Origin: Candidatus Limnocylindrales bacterium
GTDB taxonomy: Bacteria > Chloroflexota > Limnocylindria > Limnocylindrales > CSP1-4
Reading direction: 5' to 3'
NCBI GenBank assembly: GCA_038239115.1
Contig: JBBSFD010000015.1
Span: 1,544-65,543, forward strand
DNA: 64,000 nucleotides
Below are positions 39,153 through 48,624 of the stretch, one piece after another. Positions within the stretch are counted from its first letter, which is position 1, and every line of letters starts with the position of its first letter. A program made the position numbers and the translations under genes. A model generated the notes under the pieces. That model saw only the letters and a program-made list of their open reading frames with translations, made no database searches and was not told where the DNA came from.

Positions 39153-42001
39153 CGGACGAGTCGAAGCCCGAACGGGAGTCGAGATTGAGCGAACCGGGCC
39201 AGCCCGAGCCGCGGCCCTTCGAGCTCGGACCGAACCGCTACGGCAAGTCCGCGATCCGGCTGGTCAAGGTCCGCCGCGGGGCCGCCGGTACGCGCGTTCG
39301 TGACCTGACCGTCTCGATCTCGCTCGAGGGCGATTTCCAGGCGGCCCACCTGGCCGGCGACAACAGCGGGGTCGTGGCCACCGACACGATGAAGAACACG
39401 ACCTACGCCCTGGCCCACGAGCACCTGACCGGCGCCATCGAGAGCTTCGGCCTGGTCCTCGCCCGGCACTTCAGCGTCATGGCCCACGTCTCGAGCGCGA
39501 CTGTGTCGATCGAGGAGCACGGTTGGGAGGCGGTGCCTACCTCCGGCGGCCCGGCACCTGACGCATTCATGCGCGCGAGTGAGCTGACCCGCACCGCCGT
39601 GGTTCGGGCAGATCCGGCCGGCTTCACGATCGAGTCGGGCCTGCAGGACCTGACCCTGATGAAGACGGCCGGCTCGGCCTTCAGCGGCTTTCCCCGGGAC
39701 GAGTACACCACCCTGGCCGAGACCGACGATCGATTGATGGCCAGCCGCCTCACGATGAGCTGGCGCTACGGCTCGATCCCGGACGACTACGACGCGACCT
39801 TCGACGACGTCTGCCGGGTCCTGCTCGACCGCTTCGCGGGCCACCGCAGCCCGTCCGTCCAGGCCACGATCTGGATCCTGGGCCGGGCCGTCCTCGAGGC
39901 CCAGCCGACGATCGACGAGGTCCGGCTGGTCATGCCCAACCTCCATCACTGGCTGGTCGATCTGGAGCGCTTCGGGCTGACCAACGATCGCGAGATCTTC
40001 GTGGCCACCAGCGAGCCGTACGGCCTGATCGAGGCGACGGTCCGTCGGATCGACGTTTCGCCCGAAACAGAATCGGAGGATCGGCCCGAGCTGGTTGTTG
40101 CCGCAGCCGCCGTTGCCGCGGCGGTCGCCGTCGAGCCCAAGCCGGAGGTTGTGCCGGAACCGGAGCCTAAGCCCGAACCCGAACCAGAGCCCGTGGCGGT
40201 GGCGCCCGAGCTCGAGCCGGTGGCGGTCGCGCCCGAGCCCGAGCCGGTGGCGGTCACGCCCGAGCCCGAGCCGGTGGCGGTCGCGCCGGAGCCCGAACCC
40301 GAGCTCCTTGCGGTCGAGCCGGAGCCCGAGCCGATGGCCCCGTATCCGGAGCCCGAGCCTGACGCCGCCTTCGCGCTGGCCGTGGCCGCGGCTGCCGCCC
40401 GCTCCGTCGCTCCGGCCGCCCCGATCGCTGCCCCGACCGGGATCGAAGTCAAGGGTCGCGCCGTCCCCGGAATCGACACGATCCTGACGCCCGAGGCGCT
40501 CGAGTTCATCGCCGGCCTCGAGCGAACGTTCGGCGCCCGTCGGCACGAGCTGCTGGCTGCCCGCCGGCAGCGCCAGAAGGAGCTCGACCGGGGGATCATG
40601 CCCGACTTCCTGTCGAGCACGGCCGATGTTCGCCGCGGCTCTTGGACCGTGCCTTCTACGCCGCCCGACCTGGCCGATCGTCGCGTCGAGATCACCGGTC
40701 CGGCGGAGCCCAAGATGATGATCAACGCCCTGAATTCGGGCGCCCGCGTGTTCATGGCCGACCTCGAGGACTCGCTCTCGCCCACCTGGGCCAACGTGAT
40801 CGGCGGCCAGGCCGCGATCGCCGAGGCCGTCCGGCGGACCCTCACCTTCGAGAGCCCCGAGGGCAAGTCCTATCAGCTCAACGACAAGATCGCGACGCTG
40901 GTGGTCCGGCCGCGGGGCTGGCATCTCGACGAGCGCCACGTCCAGGTCGACAACGCCTCGATCTCGGCCTCACTGTTCGATTTCGGGCTCTTCGTCTTCC
41001 ACAACGCCCGCGAACAGGTCAGCCGCGGGACAGCCCCCTATGTCTACCTGCCCAAGCTCGAATCGCACCGCGAGGCGCGACTCTGGAACGACGTCTTCGT
41101 GTATGCCCAGGAGGCCCTTGGCCTGCCCGTCGGCACGATCCGGGCGACCGTGCTGATCGAGACGATCCTTGCCGCGTTCGAGATGGACGAGATCCTGTAC
41201 GAGCTGCGCGACCACGCCGCCGGCCTGAATGCCGGCCGCTGGGACTACCTGTTCAGCTGCATCAAGAAATTCCGCTCGAACTCGCACCTCGTCCTGCCCG
41301 ATCGGTCAGAGCTGACGATGACCGTCCCGTTCATGCGCGCCTACACCGAGCTGCTCGTCCAGACCTGCCACCGGCGGGGCGCGCACGCGATCGGCGGGAT
41401 GGCTGCGTTCATCCCGTCACGGCGGGATCGCGAGGTCAACGAGACGGCGATGAGCCGGGTCCGCAACGACAAGGAGCGCGAGTCGCGCGACGGCTTCGAC
41501 GGCACCTGGGTCGCCCACCCCGACCTCGTCCCGCTGGCGACCGAGGTGTTCAACGGGGTCCTCGGTTCGCGGCCCGACCAGAAGGGCATGACCCGGCCTG
41601 AGGTCAAGGTCACCGCCGCCCAGCTGCTCGACCTGGTTGTGGAGGGCGGCACGATCACCGAAGCCGGGATCCGGACCAACGTCTCGGTCGCGCTGCAGTA
41701 CCTCGACTCGTGGCTGCGCGGCAACGGTGCCGCCGCCATCAACAACCTGATGGAAGACGCCGCGACCGCCGAGATCTGCCGGTCCCAGCTGTGGCAGTGG
41801 CGGGCCACCCGGACCCGGCTCGCCGACGGCCGCGTGTTCGACGGCGACCTGTACAAGAAGATTCGCCACGAGGAGCTCGAGCGGTTGGGCGGCACGGCCT
41901 CGGGCCGCCTGGGCGACGCGGTCACGATCCTCGACCAGCTCGTCTTCTCGGACGGCTTCGCCGAGTTCCTTACGCTCGAGGCCTACCGCCTCCTCGACTG
42001 A
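39149..42001 (+). CDS. pucL-aceB: Fusion of cofactor-independent urate oxidase (N-terminal), Pro/Glu-rich linker and malate synthase A (C-terminal)
   Basis: Uricase motifs [48 protein letters not shown] and PYGLIEA. Malate synthase motifs [46 protein letters not shown] and MEDAATAEI. One 950-codon ORF. Confidence 0.9.
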   Translation: MTDESKPERESRLSEPGQPEPRPFELGPNRYGKSAIRLVKVRRGAAGTRVRDLTVSISLEGDFQAAHLAGDNSGVVATDTMKNTTYALAHEHLTGAIESFGLVLARHFSVMAHVSSATVSIEEHGWEAVPTSGGPAPDAFMRASELTRTAVVRADPAGFTIESGLQDLTLMKTAGSAFSGFPRDEYTTLAETDDRLMASRLTMSWRYGSIPDDYDATFDDVCRVLLDRFAGHRSPSVQATIWILGRAVLEAQPTIDEVRLVMPNLHHWLVDLERFGLTNDREIFVATSEPYGLIEATVRRIDVSPETESEDRPELVVAAAAVAAAVAVEPKPEVVPEPEPKPEPEPEPVAVAPELEPVAVAPEPEPVAVTPEPEPVAVAPEPEPELLAVEPEPEPMAPYPEPEPDAAFALAVAAAAARSVAPAAPIAAPTGIEVKGRAVPGIDTILTPEALEFIAGLERTFGARRHELLAARRQRQKELDRGIMPDFLSSTADVRRGSWTVPSTPPDLADRRVEITGPAEPKMMINALNSGARVFMADLEDSLSPTWANVIGGQAAIAEAVRRTLTFESPEGKSYQLNDKIATLVVRPRGWHLDERHVQVDNASISASLFDFGLFVFHNAREQVSRGTAPYVYLPKLESHREARLWNDVFVYAQEALGLPVGTIRATVLIETILAAFEMDEILYELRDHAAGLNAGRWDYLFSCIKKFRSNSHLVLPDRSELTMTVPFMRAYTELLVQTCHRRGAHAIGGMAAFIPSRRDREVNETAMSRVRNDKERESRDGFDGTWVAHPDLVPLATEVFNGVLGSRPDQKGMTRPEVKVTAAQLLDLVVEGGTITEAGIRTNVSVALQYLDSWLRGNGAAAINNLMEDAATAEICRSQLWQWRATRTRLADGRVFDGDLYKKIRHEELERLGGTASGRLGDAVTILDQLVFSDGFAEFLTLEAYRLLD
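40178..40285 (+). repeat. Four tandem 27-nt coding repeats (PEPEPVAVA) in the fusion linker
   Basis: ccc gar cYM gag ccS gtg gcg gtS Rcg x4, flanked by degenerate PEPEP units (about 40135-40365). Confidence 0.9.
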
Positions 42002-42046
42002 CAGGCGTGTCGGCGCGGCGTTCCGCCGCCGCCCCAGGGTCTCTCT

Positions 42047-42216
42047 GCGGTTTACCGCCACTACCGGTACGCGACGGGGTTCTCGGGCATCGGACCTCGT
42101 CTGGTCGCCGATCTACCGCCACTAATCTTGAAATCGCCCGGAGCGCGCCCGAACGCGCCCGGATCGGGCGGATTCGAGGTCCAAAGGCCGTCGGCTAAGC
42201 GTAGTGGCGGTATCGC
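42047..42216. repeat. Three REP-like units (TACCGCCACTA twice, plus one inverted copy)
   Basis: TACCGCCACTA at 42053-42063 and 42114-42124; reverse complement at 42202-42212; adjacent hairpin GCGGT-TT-ACCGC at 42047-42058. Confidence 0.6.
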
Positions 42217-42263
42217 GACCGTTGATCCTTCGGACTCGCGACCGCCGACGCTAGACTGCGGCC

Positions 42264-42599
42264 ATGGACGACCTCGACGGACCGATCGCCGCGCCCGACA
42301 ACCACAAGGTGATCTTCGAGAACGAGCTCGTGCGCGTGCTCGAGATCACGATCCCGGTGGGTACCACCGCGCCCATCCACACGCACTTGACGCCGACGTT
42401 GCTCTACCACGTCTCAGGCAACCACTCGGTCCGCCGCGGCGAGGATGGCGCCGTCCTTCGCGACACGCGCGCGGATCCCAGCTTCCGGCCCGAGCGCGTC
42501 ACGTTCCAGGGCCCGACTCCTGAGCACACACTCGAGAACACCGGCTCGGAGGACATCCACGTGATCGGCGTCGAGCTCAAGGACCACGCACCGGCCTGA
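42264..42599 (+). CDS. Small cupin-domain protein
   Basis: APDNHKVIFENELVRVLE, PIHTH and HTLENTG motifs; leaderless-type TAGACT-6nt-ATG. Confidence 0.8.
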   Translation: MDDLDGPIAAPDNHKVIFENELVRVLEITIPVGTTAPIHTHLTPTLLYHVSGNHSVRRGEDGAVLRDTRADPSFRPERVTFQGPTPEHTLENTGSEDIHVIGVELKDHAPA

Positions 42600-42648
42600 G
42601 CGACGGCACCCTCCCTCGTGGCCTGAGCATAACTTCGGGTTGCCCGAG

Positions 42649-42681
42649 TCTCAGACTCCTCTCACAGGGCCCGGATAGGGT
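42649..42681 (+). promoter_or_regulatory. Direct-repeat operator-like motif (TCTCAG-N5-TCTCAC) plus -10 box TAGGGT
   Basis: 11-bp-period hexamer repeat ending 10 nt before the -10 box; same architecture at 47233-47265. Confidence 0.55.
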
Positions 42682-42688
42682 CCTGGAG

Positions 42689-42759
42689 ATGCAATCTCAG
42701 TCCGCGCCGAGATGACCCGGCCGGGAGCTTACCGGCCCACTCGGCATCAGCGCGAATGA
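42689..42759 (+). other. Two chained candidate uORFs (MQSQSAPR 42689-42715; MTRPGAYRPTRHQRE 42712-42759)
   Basis: The first ATG lies 7 nt after the -10 box. Each stop overlaps the next start as ATGA, ending at murT. Confidence 0.4.
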
Positions 42760-44138
42760 GGCCTCGCCTCGAGATCGCCCTGATCGCGGCCCGGGCAGCC
42801 GGCACGCTCGCCCGCCGATTGGGCCAGGGCAACGGTACGTCGCTGCCCGGCGTCTTGGCCCGGCGGATCGATCCATCTGTGTTGAGCAGCCTCGTTCGTG
42901 AGGCGGGGATGCCCGCGGTGGTGATCACTGGCAGCAACGGCAAGACGACCACCGGACGACTGATCACTGCGCTGCTCAAGGCCGAAGGCATCGACGCGCG
43001 GAGCAACGCTGCCGGGGCGAATCTCGTGCAGGGCGTCACCACCCTCGCCGTGAGCAATGCGGACCTGCACGGGCGCCTGCCTCCAGGAATCCTGGTAGCC
43101 GAGGTCGATGAGGGTGCCATGCGCCAGGTGGTGCCTGAGCTAGCGCCACGGATCGTCCTTGTGGTCAATCTGTTCCGCGATCAGCTGGATCGCTATGGCG
43201 AGCTCTATGCTGTTTCGGACGCCATCGAATCGATCGCACGTGATCTTCCGTCGGACGCTGCCTGGGTGGTCAATGCCGACGACCCGCTCGTCGCCTCGTT
43301 GGCGCCGGATCGAGTGGGCCGGCGCGTCACCTTCGGCCTCGACCTGGACTGCTCCACCGATCGCCTTACCCGCGCGTCCGACTCCATTCGGTGCCCGCGC
43401 TGCCGGTCGGACCTCGAATATGAGCACGTCTACCTCAGTCACCTCGGCTCGTATCGATGTCCTGGCTGTGGCCTTCGCCGGCCGCGTTTGGATGTAGCCG
43501 TGACGGCACTTCGCGTGGGTGCTTCGGACACGAGTCTCACGGTGCGGATTGGATCCTCGGAGCTCGTGCTGCGGGTTCCCCAGCCAGGCGTGCACATCGC
43601 CTACGACGTCGCGGCTGCGCTGGCGGTCCTGGTCGGCCTGGGGATCTCCCCGGTGCATGCCGCCGAAGCCTTGGCCGCCGTCAAACCGGCATTCGGACGC
43701 CTCGAGACAGCCGAAGTTGGGGACCGCCGAATCGTCCTCGGCTTCGTCAAGAACCCGAGCTCGTACAACACGACGCTGCGGGCCCTGGGCCTTGCCGGCG
43801 AGCCGCGCCAGCTGCTGGTCGCGGCAAGCAATACGAAGGTCGATGGCGAGGACTTTGCCTGGTTGTGGGATGTCGACTTCGAGTCCGCCGCGCCACGCTT
43901 CGAGCACGTGACGGTCACCGGGACGCGAGCCGACGATCTAGCCAATCGGTTGAAGTACGCCGGCGTCGACCCAGGCTTGATCAGCGTGATTGGCCCGGCG
44001 AATCGGGCACTCGACGCCGCGTTTGCCGCGATCGCGCCCGGCGGACGGCTTACCATCCTGGCCGGCTACACGCCCACGATGGAGCTGCGCCGGCTGATGA
44101 ACCAGCGCGGTTGGGTCGGGCCCCTGCGCGATGCGTGA
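42756..44138 (+). CDS. murT: Lipid II isoglutaminyl synthase subunit MurT
   Basis: GTSLPG, ITGSNGKTTT, GANL, EVDE, NLFRDQLDRYGE, Zn finger CPRC...CPGC, AFGR.E, KNP and DGEDFAWLWDVDFE motifs. Confidence 0.93.
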   Translation: MRPRLEIALIAARAAGTLARRLGQGNGTSLPGVLARRIDPSVLSSLVREAGMPAVVITGSNGKTTTGRLITALLKAEGIDARSNAAGANLVQGVTTLAVSNADLHGRLPPGILVAEVDEGAMRQVVPELAPRIVLVVNLFRDQLDRYGELYAVSDAIESIARDLPSDAAWVVNADDPLVASLAPDRVGRRVTFGLDLDCSTDRLTRASDSIRCPRCRSDLEYEHVYLSHLGSYRCPGCGLRRPRLDVAVTALRVGASDTSLTVRIGSSELVLRVPQPGVHIAYDVAAALAVLVGLGISPVHAAEALAAVKPAFGRLETAEVGDRRIVLGFVKNPSSYNTTLRALGLAGEPRQLLVAASNTKVDGEDFAWLWDVDFESAAPRFEHVTVTGTRADDLANRLKYAGVDPGLISVIGPANRALDAAFAAIAPGGRLTILAGYTPTMELRRLMNQRGWVGPLRDA

Positions 44139-44952
44139 CGGCCCGGTCGACGCCAAGACTCGCGACCGCGTCCCCTTGCTCCGGATCGCCCACCTCTACC
44201 CGTCGCTGCTCAACGTGGCAGGCGACAGCGGCAACGTGATCGTCATCGAGCGCCGGGCGGGTTGGCGCGGGATCGCCACCGAGATCGTGCCGGTCGAGAT
44301 CGGAGTTTCAGTCGACCTCGCATCGTTCGACCTGATCTTCCTGCAGGGCGGACAGGACATCGAGATGGCCGTGGCCGCGCGGGACCTGCAGGGCAGGGCT
44401 GCGACCCTTCGCGAGGCGGCCGGCCGGGGGGTCGTGATCTTCGCCGTCTGCGCTGGCCTCCAGCTCCTGGGCCACCGCTACATTCCGCAGCGCGGCCCTG
44501 CGATCGAGGGGATCGGCCTGCTCGATCTCGAAACCCGGGGCGGCAATGACCGGTTCATGCAGCACGCGGCCTGCCAGGTCGGCTTCGGCGAAGGGACGGA
44601 GACGATCGTCGGTTTCGAGAACCATTCCGGCCTGACCGAGCTCGGGCCGGACGTGCGCCCGTTCGGAACGGTCATTGCCGGGGCAGGCAACAACGGCAGG
44701 GACGGGACCGAGGGAGCCCGCCGAGACAATATCTACGCCACATACCTTCACGGCCCGGTGCTGCCCAAGAATCCGTGGCTTGCCGACTACCTCATCCGGA
44801 TCGCGCTGGAGCGACGGATCGGCGGCCGAGTCTCGCTGCCCGATCTCGACGATTCGCTCGAACAGAGCGCGCACGCCCTCGCCCTCGAGGTGGCGCTGCG
44901 GAACCGCGGACGGCGGACGGCCCTCGAGCCGGCCCGCCTGGGCCGGGCATGA
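44131..44952 (+). CDS. gatD: Type 1 glutamine amidotransferase GatD
   Basis: HLYP.LLN..GDSGN, GGQD, AVCAGLQLLG, GFENHSG and TYLHGPVLPKNP motifs. Confidence 0.93.
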   Translation: MRDGPVDAKTRDRVPLLRIAHLYPSLLNVAGDSGNVIVIERRAGWRGIATEIVPVEIGVSVDLASFDLIFLQGGQDIEMAVAARDLQGRAATLREAAGRGVVIFAVCAGLQLLGHRYIPQRGPAIEGIGLLDLETRGGNDRFMQHAACQVGFGEGTETIVGFENHSGLTELGPDVRPFGTVIAGAGNNGRDGTEGARRDNIYATYLHGPVLPKNPWLADYLIRIALERRIGGRVSLPDLDDSLEQSAHALALEVALRNRGRRTALEPARLGRA

Positions 44953-46136
44953 CCCTGGGTTCGCGGCCAAGCCGGCACTCGATGGCGCATCGGCCCGGCA
45001 AGGACCGTCGAGCTCAGCGCTTCGTCGTGGCGGTCCCGGCGGTGATCGTCGCATTGACCATCGCCGCGCTCGCCATGGGCGGAACGGCGGGGCGTTCGCC
45101 AGCCAGCAGTCCGGAGGCCCTTGTTTCGCCGAGTCCGGCAGCCTCGTTCGCCGCCCCAGCGGCACCGAGTCCGAGCGCGTCAGCGACGGCCACGGCTCCG
45201 GTCGCGACGTCATCGCCGGCGCCGATCGCGGACGGCGTCTTCGCCGGTGACCTGCTGATCGCGGATCGCGGCAACAACCGGCTCCTGATCGTGAACAGCA
45301 GCGCCCAGGTCCTGTGGCGGTTCCCGGTCGCCGGCAGCCTCAGCCCGGGGCAGCAGTTCAGCGCCGATGATGCCTTCCTTGCCCCGGACGGCAGGACGAT
45401 CATGGCCAGCGAGGAGATGCACCAGGTCCTCGCTCGGATCGACATTGCGACGAAGCGGATCACCTGGCAGTACGGGCACTACAACCGGACGGGCTCGGCC
45501 GCCGGCTTCCTGAACACGCCGGACGACGCCTATCCCCTGGCCAACGGCGACGTGACGGTTGCCGACATCCGCAACTGTCGAGTCATCGAGATTGCGCCAG
45601 ACAAGCACGTCGTTCGTACCTGGGGCCACACCGGGGTCTGCCGGGACGCCCCGCCTTATGCCTACAACGAGCCAAACGGGGACACGCCCCTCGCGGACGG
45701 TGGGATCCTGATCACCGAGATCAAGGGCTCCCGCGTCGTCAGGCTGAGCGCGGCCGGCAAGGTCATCTTCAACATCCACGTTCCGACCGCCTATCCGTCG
45801 GACGCCCAGCTCGACGCACACGGCAACGTCGTCGTCGCCGACTATTCGAATCCGGGCGCGGTCGTCGCGGTGTCCCCGACGGGCCACGTTGTCTGGAGAT
45901 ACGGCCCGAAATCGGGGACCGGCCGGCTCGACCATCCGAGCCTGGCGGTGCCGCTGCCCGATGGCACCCTGGTCCTGAACGACGACCTCCGGGATCGGGT
46001 CATCTTCCTCAACCCCATCACGGGCCGGATCCTTTGGCAGTACGGCCGAACCGGGGTTGCCGGCCGGGGCCCGAATCGCCTGCACATTCCAGACGGGGTC
46101 AACCTGATCCCGCCGGGGACGATCCAGGGCCTGTGA
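44949..46136 (+). CDS. Exported NHL/PQQ-like beta-propeller protein
   Basis: N-terminal hydrophobic segment and Ser/Pro/Ala linker; repeated blades LLIADRGNNR, WQYG, PDDAYPL.NG..VAD and PSDA. Confidence 0.75.
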   Translation: MTLGSRPSRHSMAHRPGKDRRAQRFVVAVPAVIVALTIAALAMGGTAGRSPASSPEALVSPSPAASFAAPAAPSPSASATATAPVATSSPAPIADGVFAGDLLIADRGNNRLLIVNSSAQVLWRFPVAGSLSPGQQFSADDAFLAPDGRTIMASEEMHQVLARIDIATKRITWQYGHYNRTGSAAGFLNTPDDAYPLANGDVTVADIRNCRVIEIAPDKHVVRTWGHTGVCRDAPPYAYNEPNGDTPLADGGILITEIKGSRVVRLSAAGKVIFNIHVPTAYPSDAQLDAHGNVVVADYSNPGAVVAVSPTGHVVWRYGPKSGTGRLDHPSLAVPLPDGTLVLNDDLRDRVIFLNPITGRILWQYGRTGVAGRGPNRLHIPDGVNLIPPGTIQGL

Positions 46137-47200
46137 GGGCATCCGGACCTGGCGGCGCCGGGCCTCGCCTGCTGGGCTTCCTCGCCGCGTTCGTCGCGCT
46201 CGCAATGGTTTTCGCGGGCTGTGGGCAAACCCAGCCATCCGCACGGGCGGCCGCTGGTTCAGCGCTCGCCAGCCCGGTCGGATCGACGCAGGAACCGCAG
46301 ACCAGCGCGATGCCCGGATCACCGTCGCCCTCGCCTGCCACGTCGCCGGCCGAGCTGCGCATCAAGGCCGTGAAGTCGGGGATCCGTTTGCCAGCACCGA
46401 GGAGCCGGGCCGTGGCCCTCGCCCTCGGACCGGACGTCCTCATCGCCGGCGGCCTGACGACGAACGGCACCACGACCGGCTCGATCCTTCGGTTCGACCC
46501 TGGCGCAGGCCGGATCGCGCCGTTCGGCTCCCTGGCCGTCGTCGTCCACGATGCCGGTGGCGCCGCGCTGGACGGTCAGGCCTACGTGTTCGGTGGCGGC
46601 CGATCGGTTGCGGGTTCGACGGTCCAGCGCATCGGCGCGACCGGAACGTCGACCGTGATCGGCGCCTTGCCGGCCGTTCGAGCCGACCTGGACGCGGTGA
46701 CCGTCGGTGGCCAGATTGTCCTCATCGGCGGCGGAACACCGGGCCAGCCTGACGGCCGGGTGCTGGCCACCACCGATGGCCGTCAGTTCCGGGTGATCGC
46801 CCGACTGAGCGTGGCGGTTCGCTATCCGGCGGTGGCCGTCGTCGGCGGCCGGATCTACGTGGCGGGTGGCAGCACGAGCTCGGGAGCGACTTCGGTCGTC
46901 CAGGTCATCGACGTTGCGACCGGCTTGGTCCGGATCGTGGGCCACCTCCCACGGGCCATCTCGGACGCGTCGGGGCTCGTGATCGGCGGCCGAGTCGTCA
47001 TTGCCGGCGGGCGATCCGGCGGCAGGGCAGAGAGCGAGTTGTGGCAGCTGGACCTCGCGAACGGCGCTGTCCGCGACGTCGGCCACGTGCCGTACCCGGT
47101 CGCGGACGCAGCCGCGGTCGTCGTCGACCAGGCTGGCTATTTGGTTGGCGGCGAGACGATCGGGCCGATCGCCTCGATCATCGTCCTTTCGATCGAGTGA
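46133..47200 (+). CDS. Kelch-repeat lipoprotein
   Basis: Lipobox VFAG-C; six GG-containing Kelch blades (LIAGG, YVFGGG, LIGGG, YVAGG, IAGG, YLVGG). Confidence 0.8.
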   Translation: MRASGPGGAGPRLLGFLAAFVALAMVFAGCGQTQPSARAAAGSALASPVGSTQEPQTSAMPGSPSPSPATSPAELRIKAVKSGIRLPAPRSRAVALALGPDVLIAGGLTTNGTTTGSILRFDPGAGRIAPFGSLAVVVHDAGGAALDGQAYVFGGGRSVAGSTVQRIGATGTSTVIGALPAVRADLDAVTVGGQIVLIGGGTPGQPDGRVLATTDGRQFRVIARLSVAVRYPAVAVVGGRIYVAGGSTSSGATSVVQVIDVATGLVRIVGHLPRAISDASGLVIGGRVVIAGGRSGGRAESELWQLDLANGAVRDVGHVPYPVADAAAVVVDQAGYLVGGETIGPIASIIVLSIE

Positions 47201-47232
47201 TCCCAGTGGCTCGATCTTGAGGCGCGATTGAC

Positions 47233-47265
47233 TGTCAGACAGTTCTCATCCGAGGGCCCTAGCGT
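47233..47265 (+). promoter_or_regulatory. Direct-repeat operator-like motif (TGTCAG-N5-TCTCAT) plus -10 box TAGCGT
   Basis: Same spacing as 42649-42681; ATG follows 8 nt after the -10 box. Confidence 0.55.
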
Positions 47266-47273
47266 CAGGATCG

Positions 47274-47663
47274 ATGTCAAGCCATGCCCAGCGAGTGCGT
47301 GCCCGACGACCGCAGCAGCCGGCCAGCCGGAGCTACCGACCCGCCCCACGCGCGCCTGAACCGATCGCGCGGCCGATGTCCGACCCACGGAGGTTTCTCG
47401 TGTGCGCCCGGCGCCGGATCGCCGCGGCATCGGCGGTGGCCTTCGGGGTCTTCCTGGGATTGGCTGCGTTCAACGTCGTTGGTGTGACCGCGCACGCCGC
47501 GGCCCCGAGCGACAGCACGAACGGGAGCCCCGCTCCAGCGCTCGTCCTGCCCCAGGGCGACTTCTTCGGAGTACCGGGGCTCGGCGGTGGAGCAGGTCCT
47601 TTAGCTCAGCCACCGATCATCCTAGGGGGTGGTCAGCCGATGCTGTCGAGCGGCGGTTCCTGA
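47274..47663 (+). CDS. Small membrane-anchored/exported protein ending in SSGGS (candidate FMNylation substrate)
   Basis: One hydrophobic segment, low-complexity tail, C-terminal LSSGGS; first gene before apbE. Confidence 0.6.
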   Translation: MSSHAQRVRARRPQQPASRSYRPAPRAPEPIARPMSDPRRFLVCARRRIAAASAVAFGVFLGLAAFNVVGVTAHAAAPSDSTNGSPAPALVLPQGDFFGVPGLGGGAGPLAQPPIILGGGQPMLSSGGS

Positions 47664-47667
47664 CACC

Positions 47668-48624
47668 GTGGATGCGCCGTTGGCCCGGCAGGCGCCGCCG
47701 GACGAGCGGCTCCTGACGCCGGGCGATCTCGTTCGTCACACGTTCGCCGCGATGGGCACCACCGTTTCCGTCCTCGTACCGGAAGAGAGCGCTGCCGAGG
47801 GCGGCGCAGTCGAGGCGTTGTTTGGCCAATGGAACGCCACCTTCTCGCGGTTCGACCCGGATAGCGAGCTGAGCCTGCTCAATGGCGCCGCTGGGCGGCC
47901 GTGCCCGGTCAGTGACCTCATGTTCGATGTCCTGACCACGGCCCGGCAGGCCGCCGAAGCGACCAATGGCCTGTTCGATCCGACGTTGCTGCGGCCACTC
48001 GAGTCCATCGGCTACGACCGGGACTTCGCCGACCTAGAAGTCGGGGTCCCGGGCGCGAGTCCGGCCTCCCGTACGCCTCGCACTGGTGGCTGGCGACGGT
48101 TGCGGCTGGTCAAGTCGGGTCGGATTGCCGAGCTGCCGGTCGGTGTCGGCCTCGACCTCGGCGGCCTGGCCAAGGGCATGGCCGTCGATGCCGCGATCAG
48201 CGGGCTTGCCACGCGTGGCGTTCGCGCGGCGGCGGTCGACGCCGGCGGTGATCTCGCGGTCCTCGGTCTGCCGGCTGGGCAGGAAGCGTGGTCGATCGCG
48301 ATCGAAGGCCCGGACCGAGACCGAACCGTCTCGCTGCGGGCCGGCGCGTTGGCCACATCGAGCACGGCCCGGCGGCGCTGGCGTCAGGGTGACGTCGTCC
48401 GCCACCACCTGATCGACCCGCGCACGGCCCTGCCGTCGACCTCCGACTTGTGGTCCGCGTCGGTGGCGGCGCCCACCTGCACCCAGGCCGAGGTGGCGGC
48501 CAAGGCCGCCTTCCTCCTCGGCCCAGCGGAGGGTTCGCGCTTCCTGGTCCAACACGGGCTGGTCGGCCTGTTTATGGCGTCGGATGGCACCGATCAGCTG
48601 GCGGGCGCGTGGGGGTGGGCGTGA
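47668..48624 (+). CDS. apbE: FAD:protein FMN transferase ApbE
   Basis: AMGT, SRFDPDSELS, GLFDPT, DLGGLAKG.AVD, AGGD, LATS and HHLIDPRT motifs. Confidence 0.93.
   Translation: MDAPLARQAPPDERLLTPGDLVRHTFAAMGTTVSVLVPEESAAEGGAVEALFGQWNATFSRFDPDSELSLLNGAAGRPCPVSDLMFDVLTTARQAAEATNGLFDPTLLRPLESIGYDRDFADLEVGVPGASPASRTPRTGGWRRLRLVKSGRIAELPVGVGLDLGGLAKGMAVDAAISGLATRGVRAAAVDAGGDLAVLGLPAGQEAWSIAIEGPDRDRTVSLRAGALATSSTARRRWRQGDVVRHHLIDPRTALPSTSDLWSASVAAPTCTQAEVAAKAAFLLGPAEGSRFLVQHGLVGLFMASDGTDQLAGAWGWA

Noticed and set aside
40178-40285. Tandem repeats as a possible CRISPR array
   Set aside because: No spacers, in-frame coding repeat, no cas genes
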